64,000 bases of DNA from Octopus bimaculoides. Taxonomy: Eukaryota. Where the stretch lies: contig NC_068981.1 in assembly GCF_001194135.2 (NCBI RefSeq), positions 106,599,628 through 106,663,627 on the forward strand, in the 5' to 3' direction. Below are positions 1 through 12,485 of this stretch, piece by piece (the first letter of the stretch is position 1; each line of letters opens with the position of its first letter). The notes beneath the pieces were generated by a model. That model saw only the letters and a program-made list of their open reading frames with translations. It made no database searches and was not told the DNA's origin. Made by a program: the position numbers and the translations under genes.

Positions 1-9
1 ATATATATA

Positions 10-904
10 CGAGGTCTGATCAATAAGTATCCGGACTTATGTCATAGTAACGAAGCTAAAGCACGCAGAATAAAGCTACTTACCACACACTGACCTTGGC
101 TTCTGCTGTGCATGTGCACTAAGTTTTAACATTCTAGCTCAATTCCATTGCTCACAGCAGTGCTTGGAAGTAATGTGTGAAATGTGTGATCGTTACATTG
201 ACCATGACAGAGAAAGTTGTCATGACAATACCTGCTCAGAGGCCTATGCAGAGTTACAGAAAGTGTATGGAGAGGAGTGTATGAGCCACACACAAGGGTA
301 TGAGTGGTTCAGACGTTTCCAAGATGGCCGAAAAAATGTCAATATTGACGAACATTCTGGGAGATCCGCAACCAGCAAAACTGAGAAAAACATTGCAGAT
401 GTGCATGTAGCTTTGAGGGAAAATTGTCAAATCACCATCTGTGAGTTATCAGGAGATATGCAGATTAATTATGATTCAGTTCAGTCCATTATCACTGAAG
501 ATTTGGGTATGAAATGCATGTCTGCCAAATTTGTGCCAAAACTGCTTTCGGCTGACCAAAAAGACACTCGGGTTTGAGTTGTGCAAAATCTCCTTAATTG
601 TGTCGAGAATGATGTAAACTTTTTGAAAACTTTGCATAGGCCTCTGAGCAGGTATCACCAAGCTTTTGGCAAAATTTGATGCAGATTCTCTGCTCAACTT
701 TCTCTGTCATGGTCAGTGCAATGAACACTCGCTACACACATTACTTTGAAGCACTGCTGTAAACAGCGGAAGTGGGCTAGAATGTTAAAACTTAGTACAC
801 ATGCACAACAGAGTTTAAGGTCAATCTGTGCCAAGCAGCTTTACTCCACATGCTTCAGCTTCGTTACTATGGCAACAATCCAAATACTTATTGATCAGAC
901 CACG
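10..904 (+). mobile_element. Non-autonomous mariner derivative made of two inverted 5' ends (copy 1)
   Basis: TA at 8-9 and 905-906. Left TIR CGAGGTCTGATCAATAAGTATCCGGACT; inverted match ...AATACTTATTGATCAGACCACG on the right. ORF 164-577 encodes a mariner HTH region (SEAYAELQKVYGEECMS..YEWFRRFQDGR..SGR). The right arm, read on the minus strand, is a second 5' end encoding MTEK..QRICIKFCQKLGDTCSEAYAK. No DD34D catalytic domain. Confidence 0.9.
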
Positions 905-1779
905 TATGTATAATAATAAGAACTTTTGGGTGGAAATTCATAAATCTTTTAAAGCATTGCTACACACGTTTCCACAAACCTCATGCACTAGTTGCTGTAT
1001 TCTCTCTCCATAGGATACTATAAAATTTTTTTGGCAAAATTCATGGATTTCAAGGGGAGTATTAATACAGCTAAAGCATGAAGTTTGTGGAAACATACAT
1101 AGCAATGATTTATGAATTTCCCCCCAAAAGTTCTTACTATATTCATCCTACAGACAAATAAACTTCTCGCAATATTGCTCTGGAAGATGGGAACAATAAG
1201 CTATATCTGGAATAAATAGCATAGGAGCTCTTATGAACACACACAAAAACGTTTCACCTAAGTGGACTTAAAGGATATAAATATATATATGTATATGTAT
1301 ATATACACACATATATATCTATGTAAAAACATGATTCTCATGTATATATATATATATTATATTACATTATCTTTTTGTTAGAAGGGAAGGTAATGCCCAT
1401 AACCTTTTACAGGATTTCCAAGACTAGTTGGAGGGAGGAGTTAGACTTAAATTACAGACCTGGTCTAAATGCAACAGAACCAAGTAGTGGTGTTAAACCA
1501 CATGATGGATGCATTTATACATGTATTAAACCAGGTGATATATGCATGTATACACACACACATATTGGGTCATCCCATAAATAATGCAGTTTTTTTATAT
1601 TTCTTTTATTAAGATAAACAAAGTTCTTTTTTAATCTAAAATATACTCTCCTTCAACCACACTCAAATGGTGCTTTTTATGTGCCTCCAGCATGGGAGCC
1701 AGTCAGGTGACACTGGCAACATATATACATATATATACAAGCGGAACGTAAAAATACATTATGAAGGATTTTGGAAATG

Positions 1780-2392
1780 GGCTGTGCGTGAGAAGACCCG
1801 GCAAGCCAAGTAAGATCGTTGCCAGTGCCCCTGGACTGGTTCTTGTGCGGGTGGCACATGAGATGCACCATTTTGAGCGTGGCCGTTGCCAGTACCGCCT
1901 GACTGGCTCCTGTAGGATTTTTGAGCGAGATCGTTGCCAGTGCCCCTGGACTGGCTTGTGCGGGTGGCACATAAAAGACACCATTTCGAGCGTGGCCGTT
2001 TTCGTGCGGGTGACACGTAAAAGCACCCACTACACTCTCTGAGTGGTTGGCGTTAGGAAGGGCATCCAGCTGTAGAAACTCTGCCAAATCAGNNNNNNNN
2101 NNGCCAGTACCGCCTGACTGGCTCCTGTAGGATTTTTGAGCGAGATCGTTGCCAGTGCCCCTGGACTGGCTTGTGCGGGTGGCACATAAAAGACACCATT
2201 TCGAGCGTGGCCGTTTTCGTGCGGGTGACACGTAAAAGCACCCACTACACTCTCTGAGTGGTTGGCGTTAGGAAGGGCATCCAGCTGTAGAAACTCTGCC
2301 AAATCAGACTGGAGCCTGGTGTTGCCATCCGGTTTCACCAGTCCTCAGTCAAATCGTCCAACCCATGCTAGCATGGAAAGCGGACGTTAAAC

Positions 2393-2424
<32 letters not shown>
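1780..2424 (+). mobile_element. RTE-type LINE 3' end with minisatellite 3' UTR and (GAT)n tail
   Basis: Same 3' sequence (GGCATCCAGCTGTAGAAACTCTGCCAAATCAGACTGGAGCC...CCAACCCATGCTAGCATGGAAAG) as the RT-bearing copies at 33935-34970 and 55075-58560. Ends in (GAT)n. Confidence 0.85.
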
Positions 2425-2425
<1 letters not shown>

Positions 2426-3110
2426 ATTGTAAACAATACAAAATTATTTACTAATATATCAATGACCAAAATATGCAATTGAAAAATATTTTACCATAAA
2501 AGAAGTATGTATAATTGTGAATAAATCACAATTAAAATGGAGAGGGTTGCAAAAACCCTTATGTATCTAGAAATAGCAATCAAAACCACCATAAAGTCAG
2601 TATAACCACTCATATTAGATCTCTTCATAATAAAGCTGTCAGTGGGTGACATGACGTAAAATTCAAAACTTAAATAAGGTTAGTTCTCTATTGCAATATT
2701 GAGGTCAGGAACCAAAACGGTTCCACTCTTCTCTTCTAGAGAGCATTCCTGTAGATACAAATTAACACAAAAAATATACCTTGGGGCTTAACATGTGTCC
2801 CGACCAGTAAGAACAATGTGTCAACCTCTGTCTGCACATTCAAATTCTGAATTCCAATGTCATGCACAGCGTTTATAAGAAAAGACCAGTAAATCGAGCC
2901 ACGGTGAAAAACTAGTTATGAGTGAAAAAATTATACAATGAAAGAGGAATATGAAAATACATTACAAAGGATATATCGTAAAAAATACAAAATTAGTTAC
3001 TAATATATCAATGACCAGAACATGCAATCAAAAAATCTTTATCATAAAAGAGGTATATATAATTGTGAATAAATCTCAGTTATAATGGAGAGAGTTGCAA
3101 AAATCTTTAA
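2425..3110. repeat. Unclassified element bounded by ~130-bp diverged direct repeats
   Basis: About 2425-2555 and about 2978-3110 align (AATACAAAATTA.TTACTAATATATCAATGACCA...ATAATTGTGAATAAATC...ATGGAGAG.GTTGCAAAAA). Confidence 0.6.
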
Positions 3111-3888
3111 TTGTTTGTGTATTTGTATGTATGTGAGTGTGTATACTTATGCATAGATATAAATATATTTATATGCATATTTATGTATTAATATGCATAT
3201 GTATTTATGTGAATATATGCACATGTATTTTGCATGTATATGCATATAGTTATTTATACCTGTATATTTATATGTATGTGTTGTATATATATTAAAAAAA
3301 AATCTATTACAGTTTTCTTAAAATCTAGGAACTTTCTCAATCCATGGGTTCAAAAATTATAAAACAAACTTTCATTTCTATTAACTAATTATTCATTTGT
3401 GTACCATTAACTAATCTCTTCTGGGCATGCAGGATTTCTTTTTAACTCAAGATTACTTTTTGAGTCAAGACTTTTTTTCCAACTCAAGGTTTTCTTTGAT
3501 TTTATACAACACAATATTTATGTATTTTTATTTTCTATTTTATAATAAACTATCTCAACTTGCATACTTCTGGAAGACCGTTAGTGAGATCAACCCATCA
3601 TATCTGTCAATTTGAATCATATCAAAATATACATTACACATACAATCACAATTTTTGTTCCATTCTTGATCACAACTGCTCAACAAATAGGAACATGAAA
3701 CTCTGAATAGAAGTTTTTTGTAATATTTTTGTGATGCTTTTGCAGGTTTAATAATAAAACATATTACTCTACCTCTAGTATTTGAGTACTATTTTTCCCC
3801 ACCTTATTCGGGTGTATATTTTAATTGAATTTAATTGAGTTTTTACCTGTAAATTTGGATTTTTATCCCTAATATTATTATTATTATC

Positions 3889-3961
<73 letters not shown>

Positions 3962-4656
3962 AAAACAAACTGAAGGATTAACAATCCAGGCAAAATACTT
4001 CATAAGCTCGCTGTTGGCACACCGGGCTAACAATATCACTTAGATTAGTGAAGAGCTCCAAGTAATATTTTGGTAGGGTCCAAAGTTGTGGTTCATCACA
4101 AGTCTATATTGTAAATCCATGGATGGGCTTCAGATAAACTGGTTTTTACACTGGTATATAATAGACAATTTAAAATAATGGTCATTATATATAATTCCTT
4201 TATTACAGCAAATTTGGCTTACAACTATTTCCAGTAGTCATTATAGATAGGTTTACTCAATTGGTCCATTGGTCAATTGAGACAAATTGAAAGACCTAAG
4301 AAAATTAATGATACCTTCATCAGAGCCATTGCTGGAAATAACAGAGCACTTGAAGAATGGCTATTGTATGGGGAAAGTGGGGGAAGATTGAGCTGTTTAA
4401 GTAGAAAATGTAAAGGCAGGTTACAATGGGGTGGTAGCGATTAAAGGATTGGTACTTAGTAGAAGTAGCAGTAGTAGTATGAGTAATAGTAGTATTGGTA
4501 GTTGTAATAGTAGGAATATTGCATTGCTGAATTTGGGAGAGGGACAGTCACAAACATAGGTCAGCAGCATTACCATATTGGCATCGTGTATAGGTCAGAT
4601 ATTCTCCAGCCAATGTGTTCAAGTGTTGTTTGTTATTTCCAGCTTGTCTATTATAT

Positions 4657-5939
4657 AGAGGGTGCGACGAGTAAGTTGTTGCCAATTTATATTTTTAATT
4701 TTATGCATGCACATTGTTTGTTTTTGATTTTGTCAACTACACAGTACAGTATGGTCAGCTGGGCACCATCTGTGAGAAAAATAGCACCATGACAATTCAC
4801 TTTGCCAGAAGTTTGGAAACCACATGCTGTACTGCTTGGCATTCACATGCCAGAAGCTCCGATACAAACATTTCAGAGTGTTTGAGTGTCAATCAGAGGA
4901 CAGTGCAGAGGATTCAGAAAGAGTTGGATGAGTCTATTGGTGATTATGAAGGCACGGCAGCTCGGAAAACTCATCCTGATCGTTCTGATAAGAAAAGAAC
5001 TCCTAAATTTGTTGGTGACATCCAGGCCATAATTAATAACTATCCCTCTAAGTCAATCAGGTCCATCACCAGAGACATAGGAGTTGTCTGAGTTTCTTAT
5101 CAGGTATTTAGTGCATGAAGACATTCAGTATTCTTCATACAAGATGCAAAAGGGCCAATTTTTATCCCAAACCAACAAGGACAAGAGGAAAGACCATGCT
5201 ACAAAGTTTTTGAACAAATTCAAGCATCCCCTCTAGCCAAACATGCTTTGTTCTTCTCAGACGAGAAATATTTCTGCCACGATCAGATGGTGAACACACA
5301 GAACAACTGTTGGCTTGCTGTGTCCCCAAAACATATACTGAGAGTGATAAAAATCAAACATTCAGTCAACATCATGGGGTTTGGCATGATCACTAGTGAT
5401 GGCAACATTATCTCTCCATTCATCTTCCCACACAGCCTCACACTCAACACGGTGGCTTACATCAAGTGCTTGGAGGAGGTAGTGTTGTCTTTTTGGTCAA
5501 GAGGGTGGCTTCTGGAGACCCTATGTCTGGCAACAGGACTCTGCACTATGCCACACAAGCAGGCGAACCCAATCAGGGTTGTCAGACAATTTCTGTGACC
5601 ACATCACTTCTAACATCTGGCTACCTAACTCCCCAGACTGCAACCTCCTTGATTATTATGTGTGGGGTGCAGTTGAGTGAGAGACCAACAAAACTCCTTG
5701 TAACACCAAAGATGAACTGAAATCAAGGATTATGGCAGGATTCACCAACTTAAACAAGGAGACCGCCCAGAAGATTTGCAGGAGATTCTGAAGTCGCCTG
5801 GAGGCCATAGTTGAAGCTAATGACGATTTTATTGAATAAATTTACTCTTTGGCATTTCAAGATATTTTTATGTAATTTTGGTAAATATATCTGTTAAAAT
5901 GTGATGTTAGTGTTATTTTCATTTTTGTGTAATTTCGAC
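4657..5939 (+). mobile_element. maT-family (DD37D) Tc1/mariner transposon, degenerate transposase about 4789-5839
   Basis: Frameshifted transposase: HTH (SECLSVNQRTVQRIQKEL), FFSDEK, and YVWQQDSALCH...WLPNSPDCNLLDYYVWGA. I count 37 residues between the 2nd and 3rd D. The 3' end runs into an N gap and the 5' TIR is not recognised. Confidence 0.85.
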
Positions 5940-6049
5940 NNNNNNNNNNNNNNNNNNNNNNNNNNNNNNNNNNNNNNNNNNNNNNNNNNNNNNNNNNNNN
6001 NNNNNNNNNNNNNNNNNNNNNNNNNNNNNNNNNNNNNNNNNATATATAT

Positions 6050-6348
6050 ATATATAGTTTTAGAGAAAAGAATTAAGGTTCATGAACTCATCATTGAAAA
6101 TCTACAGTCACATATAGAAAATTAATAAGTAAAAGCACAATAAATAAGTATAATATAATACAAAGTAAATATCATAAGATAATGATAATATATATCATTA
6201 TTATTATTATTATCATTATCTTATGATATTTACTTTGTGTTATATTATACTTATTTATTGTGCTTTTACTTATTAATTTTCTATATGTGACTGTGGAGTT
6301 TCATCGATGAGTTCATGAACCTTCGTTCTTTTCTCTAAAACTATATAT
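6050..6348. repeat. ~300-bp palindrome centred on a (TTA)n tract
   Basis: TATATAGTTTTAGAGAAAAG...CATAAGATAATGATAATA is mirrored by TATTATCATTATCTTATG...CTTTTCTCTAAAACTATATA with few mismatches. Confidence 0.85.
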
Positions 6349-6656
6349 TTATATTTTATACTGTGAAACTTAATTTAATTTTAATTTTTAATAAATTGAA
6401 TTGAATTGAGATTTTACCTGTAAATTTGGATTTTTATCCCTAATATATATATATATATATAGGAAACTCTTTAATAGGCATAACCTAAGAATTAGTTTTA
6501 GTTCAACCCCAAATTTTAAAAAGATAATTACACACAATACAAAACAACAACATGAAGCAGGCTGTTCCTGCAGCAATAAAGATTTTTAGCCACTAATGTA
6601 GCTTATATGACCAAGGCCTTTATGAAGCCACCGTAAATTCTACGAACACTAATAAC

Positions 6657-6680
6657 AAAGAAGCCCGTCATATATATGTG

Positions 6681-6751
<71 letters not shown>

Positions 6752-6919
6752 ATGTTTGTACCCGCCAACATCACTTGACAACCGATGCTGGTGTGTTTAC
6801 ATCCCCGTAACTTAGCAGTTGGGCAAAAGAGACCAATAGAATAAGTACTAGACTTCCGAAGAATAAGTCCTGGGGTCGATTTGCTCGACTAAAGGCGGTG
6901 CTCCAGCATGACCACAGTC
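6657..6919 (+). mobile_element. SINE body and 3' part with internal (TG)n
   Basis: AAGAAGCCCGTC-(TA/TG)n-...CTTGACAACCGATGCTGGTGTGTTTAC...CCAGCATGACCACAGTC...GAAACAAGTAAA. An inverted copy lies at 24852-25045 and the same tail at about 40662-40750. Confidence 0.75.
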
Positions 6920-7129
6920 AAAAGACTGAAACAAGTAAANNNNNNNNNNATATATATATATATATACATACACACACAAACATATATATACATATATGCA
7001 GGTTTCTTTTGACGCTGACATTATCGTTATGCATAAGTAAATATATTATGCACTGTTTCTTAGTGATTATCATGTTGTCTCTTTAATCCTTTTAATCAGA
7101 AAACTTTTAAGCTATATTTCTTATATTTC

Positions 7130-8040
7130 TTAAGATAAATTTCTTATTTGCACCATTCTTCCTGAACACCTACAAATCAAAATTCCTTGCTTTTAAAAAG
7201 GTATTCAATTATACTTTGGCATATTGACCTCTTAATATAAACTTTCAATATAATTGAGGTCTGGACACTGTCCAGGTCAAAACAAAACCTTGGTTTTACA
7301 ATCTTTGACAAATGCTTTCATTAAATTGGCAAAGTGGGCAGATATATTATATAGTCAATATATTGTCTGTTTGGACTGAGTAGACTACTGTATAGAGGAA
7401 AAGAAGCTTTTGTAAAATATCTTCTTTGTAATATTATGTAGTGTCATTTTCATTGTGAACAATGATTAAGCACACAGCATGATTAAACACCTTTATACCA
7501 TTGTACTATTGCATGATTGTAGACAATTTTCTCTAAATTTTCTGTGTTATTCTTTTACAAAAATCTAAGGGAAAGAAAATATTGATTTGTCTGGAAGAAT
7601 TTTCAGAAGAAATTGGAGTCCTTTTCTTTGTACACTTCTAGAAATTAGCTTTATCAGTTTCATATTTTTTACACCTAGCAATTTCAGGTACTACCTTGTA
7701 ACAAATTCTGAATTATAATAGTTAATTTGAATAGATTTCTTCCCTTCTCATAGGAAAAGAAATATTGATTTGTCTGGAAGAATTTTTGGAAGAAGTTGAA
7801 GCCCTTTTCTTTGTACAGTTCTAGAAATTTTCTTCTTCAAATTTAAGTTTTCATTAATTTGAGCTTTTGGGCAGAAGCCTTGTTACAAATTCTGAATTCT
7901 AATGGGGGTCTAAATACATTACATCTGTTGCTTGAAGTGAAATCATTTCCTAAGAAAAGGATGATCTTCTTTGCTCTATAGGGTATTCAAAGAGACTTCT
8001 CTAACTTCAGAATATAGAGCTTTTTTCTCCCCTCACCTTG
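7130..8040 (-). pseudogene. Highly degenerate Tc1-type transposase remnant
   Basis: Minus strand 7279-7241 reads *PGQCPDLNYIES, matching the Tc1 motif WPxQSPDLNPIEN. An upstream QTDN resembles QDN. Many stops. Confidence 0.5.
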
Positions 8041-9707
8041 TTCCTGATTATTCATCCTTTTTTTTTTCTTGATTGTGTGAGACTAACTATATGCTGGTGA
8101 ATAGAATGTTTAATTTTTTCTTGCATTGTATCTTCTCATGGACCCAAGATTATGGCCATCATAAAATAAAAGAATTTTTCCTTTCTCAAAAAAAAAAAAC
8201 AAGAATTTATTTCTTTTTAGTGGGAACCATAGAGATCTAGCTCTATTGAATTATATTAATCAAAAGGAAAATAAAGGTAACAAACCTGAATGAAAAAGAA
8301 GCTTTCTCACAAATCTTAACAAAAACCGAAATAAAGGAATAGAATTAAGTTTTATGAATAAAAAGAGAAATAAAGGAATAAAAATTAAAATAAAACCAAA
8401 ATACCCATTAAAATTTCTAAAAATGCAATCACATCTCCATAGCAATTAAATTTAGCTATAAATGTTGATTTCTATAAGAAGGTTTTGCATATTTTTTAAA
8501 TCAAAAACTTTGCAGGTGTTCCATTTTGGAAGAATGTGTGTGAATGCATTTATGCATACACATACAAATTGTAGCAAGGTAAAAATATTATAAAGCATTT
8601 AATCTAGCATTCTATCATTCTTCTATTTTTACCTATCATAAAGATAATGGTAATGCAAAATATTCTGTAGAATGTTAAATACACCGAGAGAACATTATTT
8701 TGTATGCACACACACACACACAAGTTATACAACTGAATATGAGAACAGTGTGTTTAATGTTGTTGTTCAACACTGATGGAACACAAAGACCTTCCAGTTG
8801 TGACCATCCTGTCTGTAATCCAGGCATAGTATGTCTAGGATTGCATTTTCCAATGTGAACTTCCTTTTATTTTTAAGAGAGTAGGATGTGATTTTGAAGG
8901 ACATTTAGCTGTTATTTAGAGCAGGTTGAACAACTGAGAGGAGATTTCCTTATTAGCAAGTGTTTAATAATTCACAGGATTATTGATTGTCTATAGTGTC
9001 AACAAGTTGGGGATTTCTGAAGTAGCACTGACTTAACCAGTGAATTTAAATCATTATTAAGTTGAAATATCATGAATCCATCAATCCATTTCTAACTGGT
9101 AAATCTCAAATGATAAGTAATTCACTTCTGCAATGACACCAACAGATTGTAAATAATTAGAGATTTATGTAAGTTCAGGAAAATAGTAATAACAGATAAA
9201 TGTTTGAAGGTTATTCTTGCAGAACATTCATTAAGTATGAACATTTGCATGTATGTTTCCATAGATGTATTTCATTCTTAGGAAGAATAACAAATGGAAA
9301 TTTTGATATACAACTGCAATATTAGAAATAAATAAATAAACAACAACAAGTATATAATTGGTATTTTTGCAAAAGTAACGATAACACAGAGATGTTCTCA
9401 TGAAGATGTAATAGACCGGTAGGCAGATGTGAATTAAACAAAGCAAGAAATAAAATATGAAGATAAAGCAAAGCCAATAAAAGATAATATACTCTAGAAG
9501 CTGTAGCATACCTTTATCCTCAGATCCTATAATTAAGAAGATATAATCTATAATAAAATCTATAAGCCTAGTCTTAAATTCAATACTATCAAATATTTTG
9601 CAATATTTACACTTATAGCTTCTGATTATAAATTCGTCAATTGAATCTTCATTAAGAAACAGCCTAATTAGAGAAGAAACTCTGACCAATAATTACAAGT
9701 ATCATAC

Positions 9708-9830
9708 ATCATCATCATTGTTTTTACTTTCACTTTTCCATGCTGGTATGGGGTGGATATGACTTATTGAGGTGTATACTATGGTTGGATACTCTTCAAG
9801 TCACCATTTTTTTTAAGCAAGCCAGTTTTA
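9708..9830 (-). mobile_element. RTE-family 3' tail fragment
   Basis: (CAT)n followed by TTTTCCATGCTGGTATGGGGTGGAT, the reverse complement of the RTE 3' end. Confidence 0.55.
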
Positions 9831-9984
9831 TTCCACTGGTCTTCACATGAAACTGAAAAAGCTGCTGAGCTATAGAATATATTGCTTCTAGGAGACACAA
9901 ATAAACACACTGCTGCTCAATCTCAAAATGGTGTCAATGTGAAGATACACAGAAATATTTGTATACACATATACACACTCACAT

Positions 9985-10135
9985 GAGTGACAATGATGAT
10001 GATGATGATGATGATGAAGATGGTGATGATGATGATGATGATAGTGATGACAGTGGTGGTGGTGGTGGTGGTAGTGCTGGATATGGTGGTGGTGGTGGGG
10101 TGGGAGTGCTTATCATTGGTGGTGGTGGTGGCTTG
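9985..10135. repeat. Compound (GAT)n/(GGT)n microsatellite
   Basis: Direct reading. Explains the poly-D/G/M/V/P ORFs. Confidence 0.95.
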
Positions 10136-10283
10136 GGGTGGTATCGAAATGACACAACCAATGCAATATTTAATTGCATCTCTATTTTATTTGAAATTCA
10201 AACCACTCTAGAGTCATCTCAGTCCTTCATATACCCATATAACCAGTCATTAAAATAAGTATCAGAAATATAAACATTTTAAT

Positions 10284-12103
10284 TCTGTCCTTGTGGTGTC
10301 CCCTCTCTATAAAGGCCATGTGCCTAAATAAAAGAAATTAGAGACAGTCCTGTCTTTCCTGAGAGTTGTATTTGATTTCACTCCTTGTGAGTTTTGTTCC
10401 ATTACCTTGTTAATTTATTGAATTGTTAAAACCATTATTGATTGGAATTGTTAAAACCGTTGTTTACTGGAATTGTTGTAATTGTTTTGTTAACTGACTG
10501 TTATTTTTCTACTGGATTGTATTTTTTTCTTCCCCATTTATGGGTGAAGTAAGAAATAATTGCGCCATGGAAGGAAAACAAGCACGAAGCTACACTGCAG
10601 TGACTGGTAAGGGCCTGGCAGAGGAGGTACTGCAGGTCCACAAATTCAATTGAAAGAGAAAGATTGCAAAAAGCATAACGCTTTACTGAAGAAGGAGAGG
10701 GATAGCCTGAGGCTGACGCCCCCTAAAGAAATACTGGACAAGACAGAAAAGAGAACCATAATTTACAGAACGCTAAATGTGTTATAAAAAAAAGTGGAAC
10801 TAGCAACAGAGGAAGAAATAGAAGAGTGTCTTCAAGAAATAAAAGACAGTATGACGTTTTACATGAGAGGAAAGAAGTACAGCACGGTGGAGGTGAACTT
10901 CAAAAGTGAGGAGGAAGCAGAGAAGCACTCTACTGTGCCTTTGAGATCAGACAAGTGGGCACTTCTACCTTCTTACTGCGGCAAACGTGTGGCCAAAGTA
11001 AGGTGCCCCCAAAAATCAATGAGGTGTGGCTGGTAGCAACCATCCTATATAACTCAGAAGATGTACAGGTGTTGAAGTTGTCCTGAACGACAGAGGTAAA
11101 CAAGTTGGGATATGGACTGGAGGTTCTGGTTCATATTAGCCTGCCAGACCTTCATAAAATTGCGGAAGAGCTGGTGCTACCTGATGACATGAGACTGCGA
11201 ATCATTGAGGAGGGGAGACCTCCAGTATGCTACGCATGTGGAATAAACCAAATGTCCCCAGAAACACGAACAGGAGGGGGAAGAGGAGGAGAGTCAGGAA
11301 GAAGAGATTGCAACTGCAGAGGAGGAAAAGGAAGAGTATACAGTGGGAGAAAGGATGAGAAAGAACTTGGAATCTCCACCTAAAAAGAAAAGAAAGGCAG
11401 AGGAAAATAAGAATGAAAAAAGAAAAAAATGAGGAATCAACAGAAGAACAAAGGCAAAGACTGGAGCCTTCAACTAGTATGGAGGAGGAAAGACGGAAGA
11501 AGAGACTTGTAAGTGAGAAGGATGAACAAACAGAGACAGAAATACTAGCAACAGAGGTAGAGAGTGAGGTGATACAGCCAAGAAGACCATTGAAGGGGAT
11601 ATACGAAAGAGTGATGGTTTGTTACAGAAAGAGGGTGGAAATAGAGAGGAGAATTTCCAAAATGAAAAGCATTATAAGGATCAAACTGGCCAAAAAGGAG
11701 GAGAACCGAAATAAGAAAGCGGTGGTGTTGGAGGATGATACAGCAAGAAGGCTGAGAGAAATATTTGGAGACAGAATAGAGAAATAACAGCACTTCGATT
11801 TCAATATGACGAATTGCCATCGGTGATAGCATTCGAGGATTTAACGGATTTTGTAGTATGGCATTGCGAACACGATACAAACTGATAAAATAATTACTTC
11901 ATTTAAAAAAACAGTAAAATGGAACTACCTACTTTTGGGCAGGTGGGTAGGAAAGCCATACCATTCTCATTACTTTCATATTCATAATTCATTCGTTATA
12001 TGTTTGCCTGTACCCCATGTATTGTTTTGTCTGCCCATGTGGTGTCCCCTCTTGATAAAGGCCATGTGGCTAAATAAAAGAAATTAGAGATAGTCGTGCC
12101 TTT
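10284..12103 (+). mobile_element. ORF1-only LINE-like (L1/Tx1-type ORF1) element with 74-bp terminal direct repeats
   Basis: Broken ORF from ATG 10567 to 11787: MEGKQARSYTAV..., RRM-like KKYSTVEVNFKSEEEA, zinc-knuckle start EGRPPVCYACG, E/K/R-rich tail. Direct repeats at 10284-10357 and 12030-12103 (8 mismatches by hand count) contain AAATAAAAGAAATT. No ORF2. Confidence 0.7.
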
Positions 12104-12485
12104 AGTGGTTTTACTTAGTATACTGTATACCAAAGTGGTATATCATTTTAAGGATATAACAGTGGTGAGAAGGATTTAAACAACTCATGAGGATTGTAAC
12201 AACTCACTGGGAATTAATAAACTGAACGAGAATTTTAACAACTCACAGAGAATTAATAAACTCAACGAGGATTTAAACAACTCACAAAGAATTAAGAAAT
12301 TCAAAGAGGAGTTAATAAACTCACAAAGTTTTGTTGTGTGAATTTTACAAAAAAATCGTAAAAATTTATGCAAAATTTATTGCTTAGTTTGCTCGAGTTG
12401 CAAAAACAGTAACAAGAACAGTAACAAGAACAACTGAAAGAACAACAACAACAATTACTATTACAGTAACAAATGCTGCAGTTAA

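Noticed and set aside
1820-2000. CRISPR-like spaced repeats (also 34480-34810, 47215-47500, 55240-55500)
   Set aside because: Units are degenerate along their whole length, with no unique spacers and no cas genes. They are the RTE 3' UTR minisatellite in a eukaryotic context.
1888-2305. Apparently identical ~200-bp tandem duplication (1888-2091 and 2103-2305)
   Set aside because: The copies flank a short N gap and look identical, typical of an unmerged contig overlap rather than biology.
9959-10258. Poly-D/G/P/M/V ORFs (also 28068-28469, 33392-33989, 26449-26808)
   Set aside because: Translations of microsatellites.
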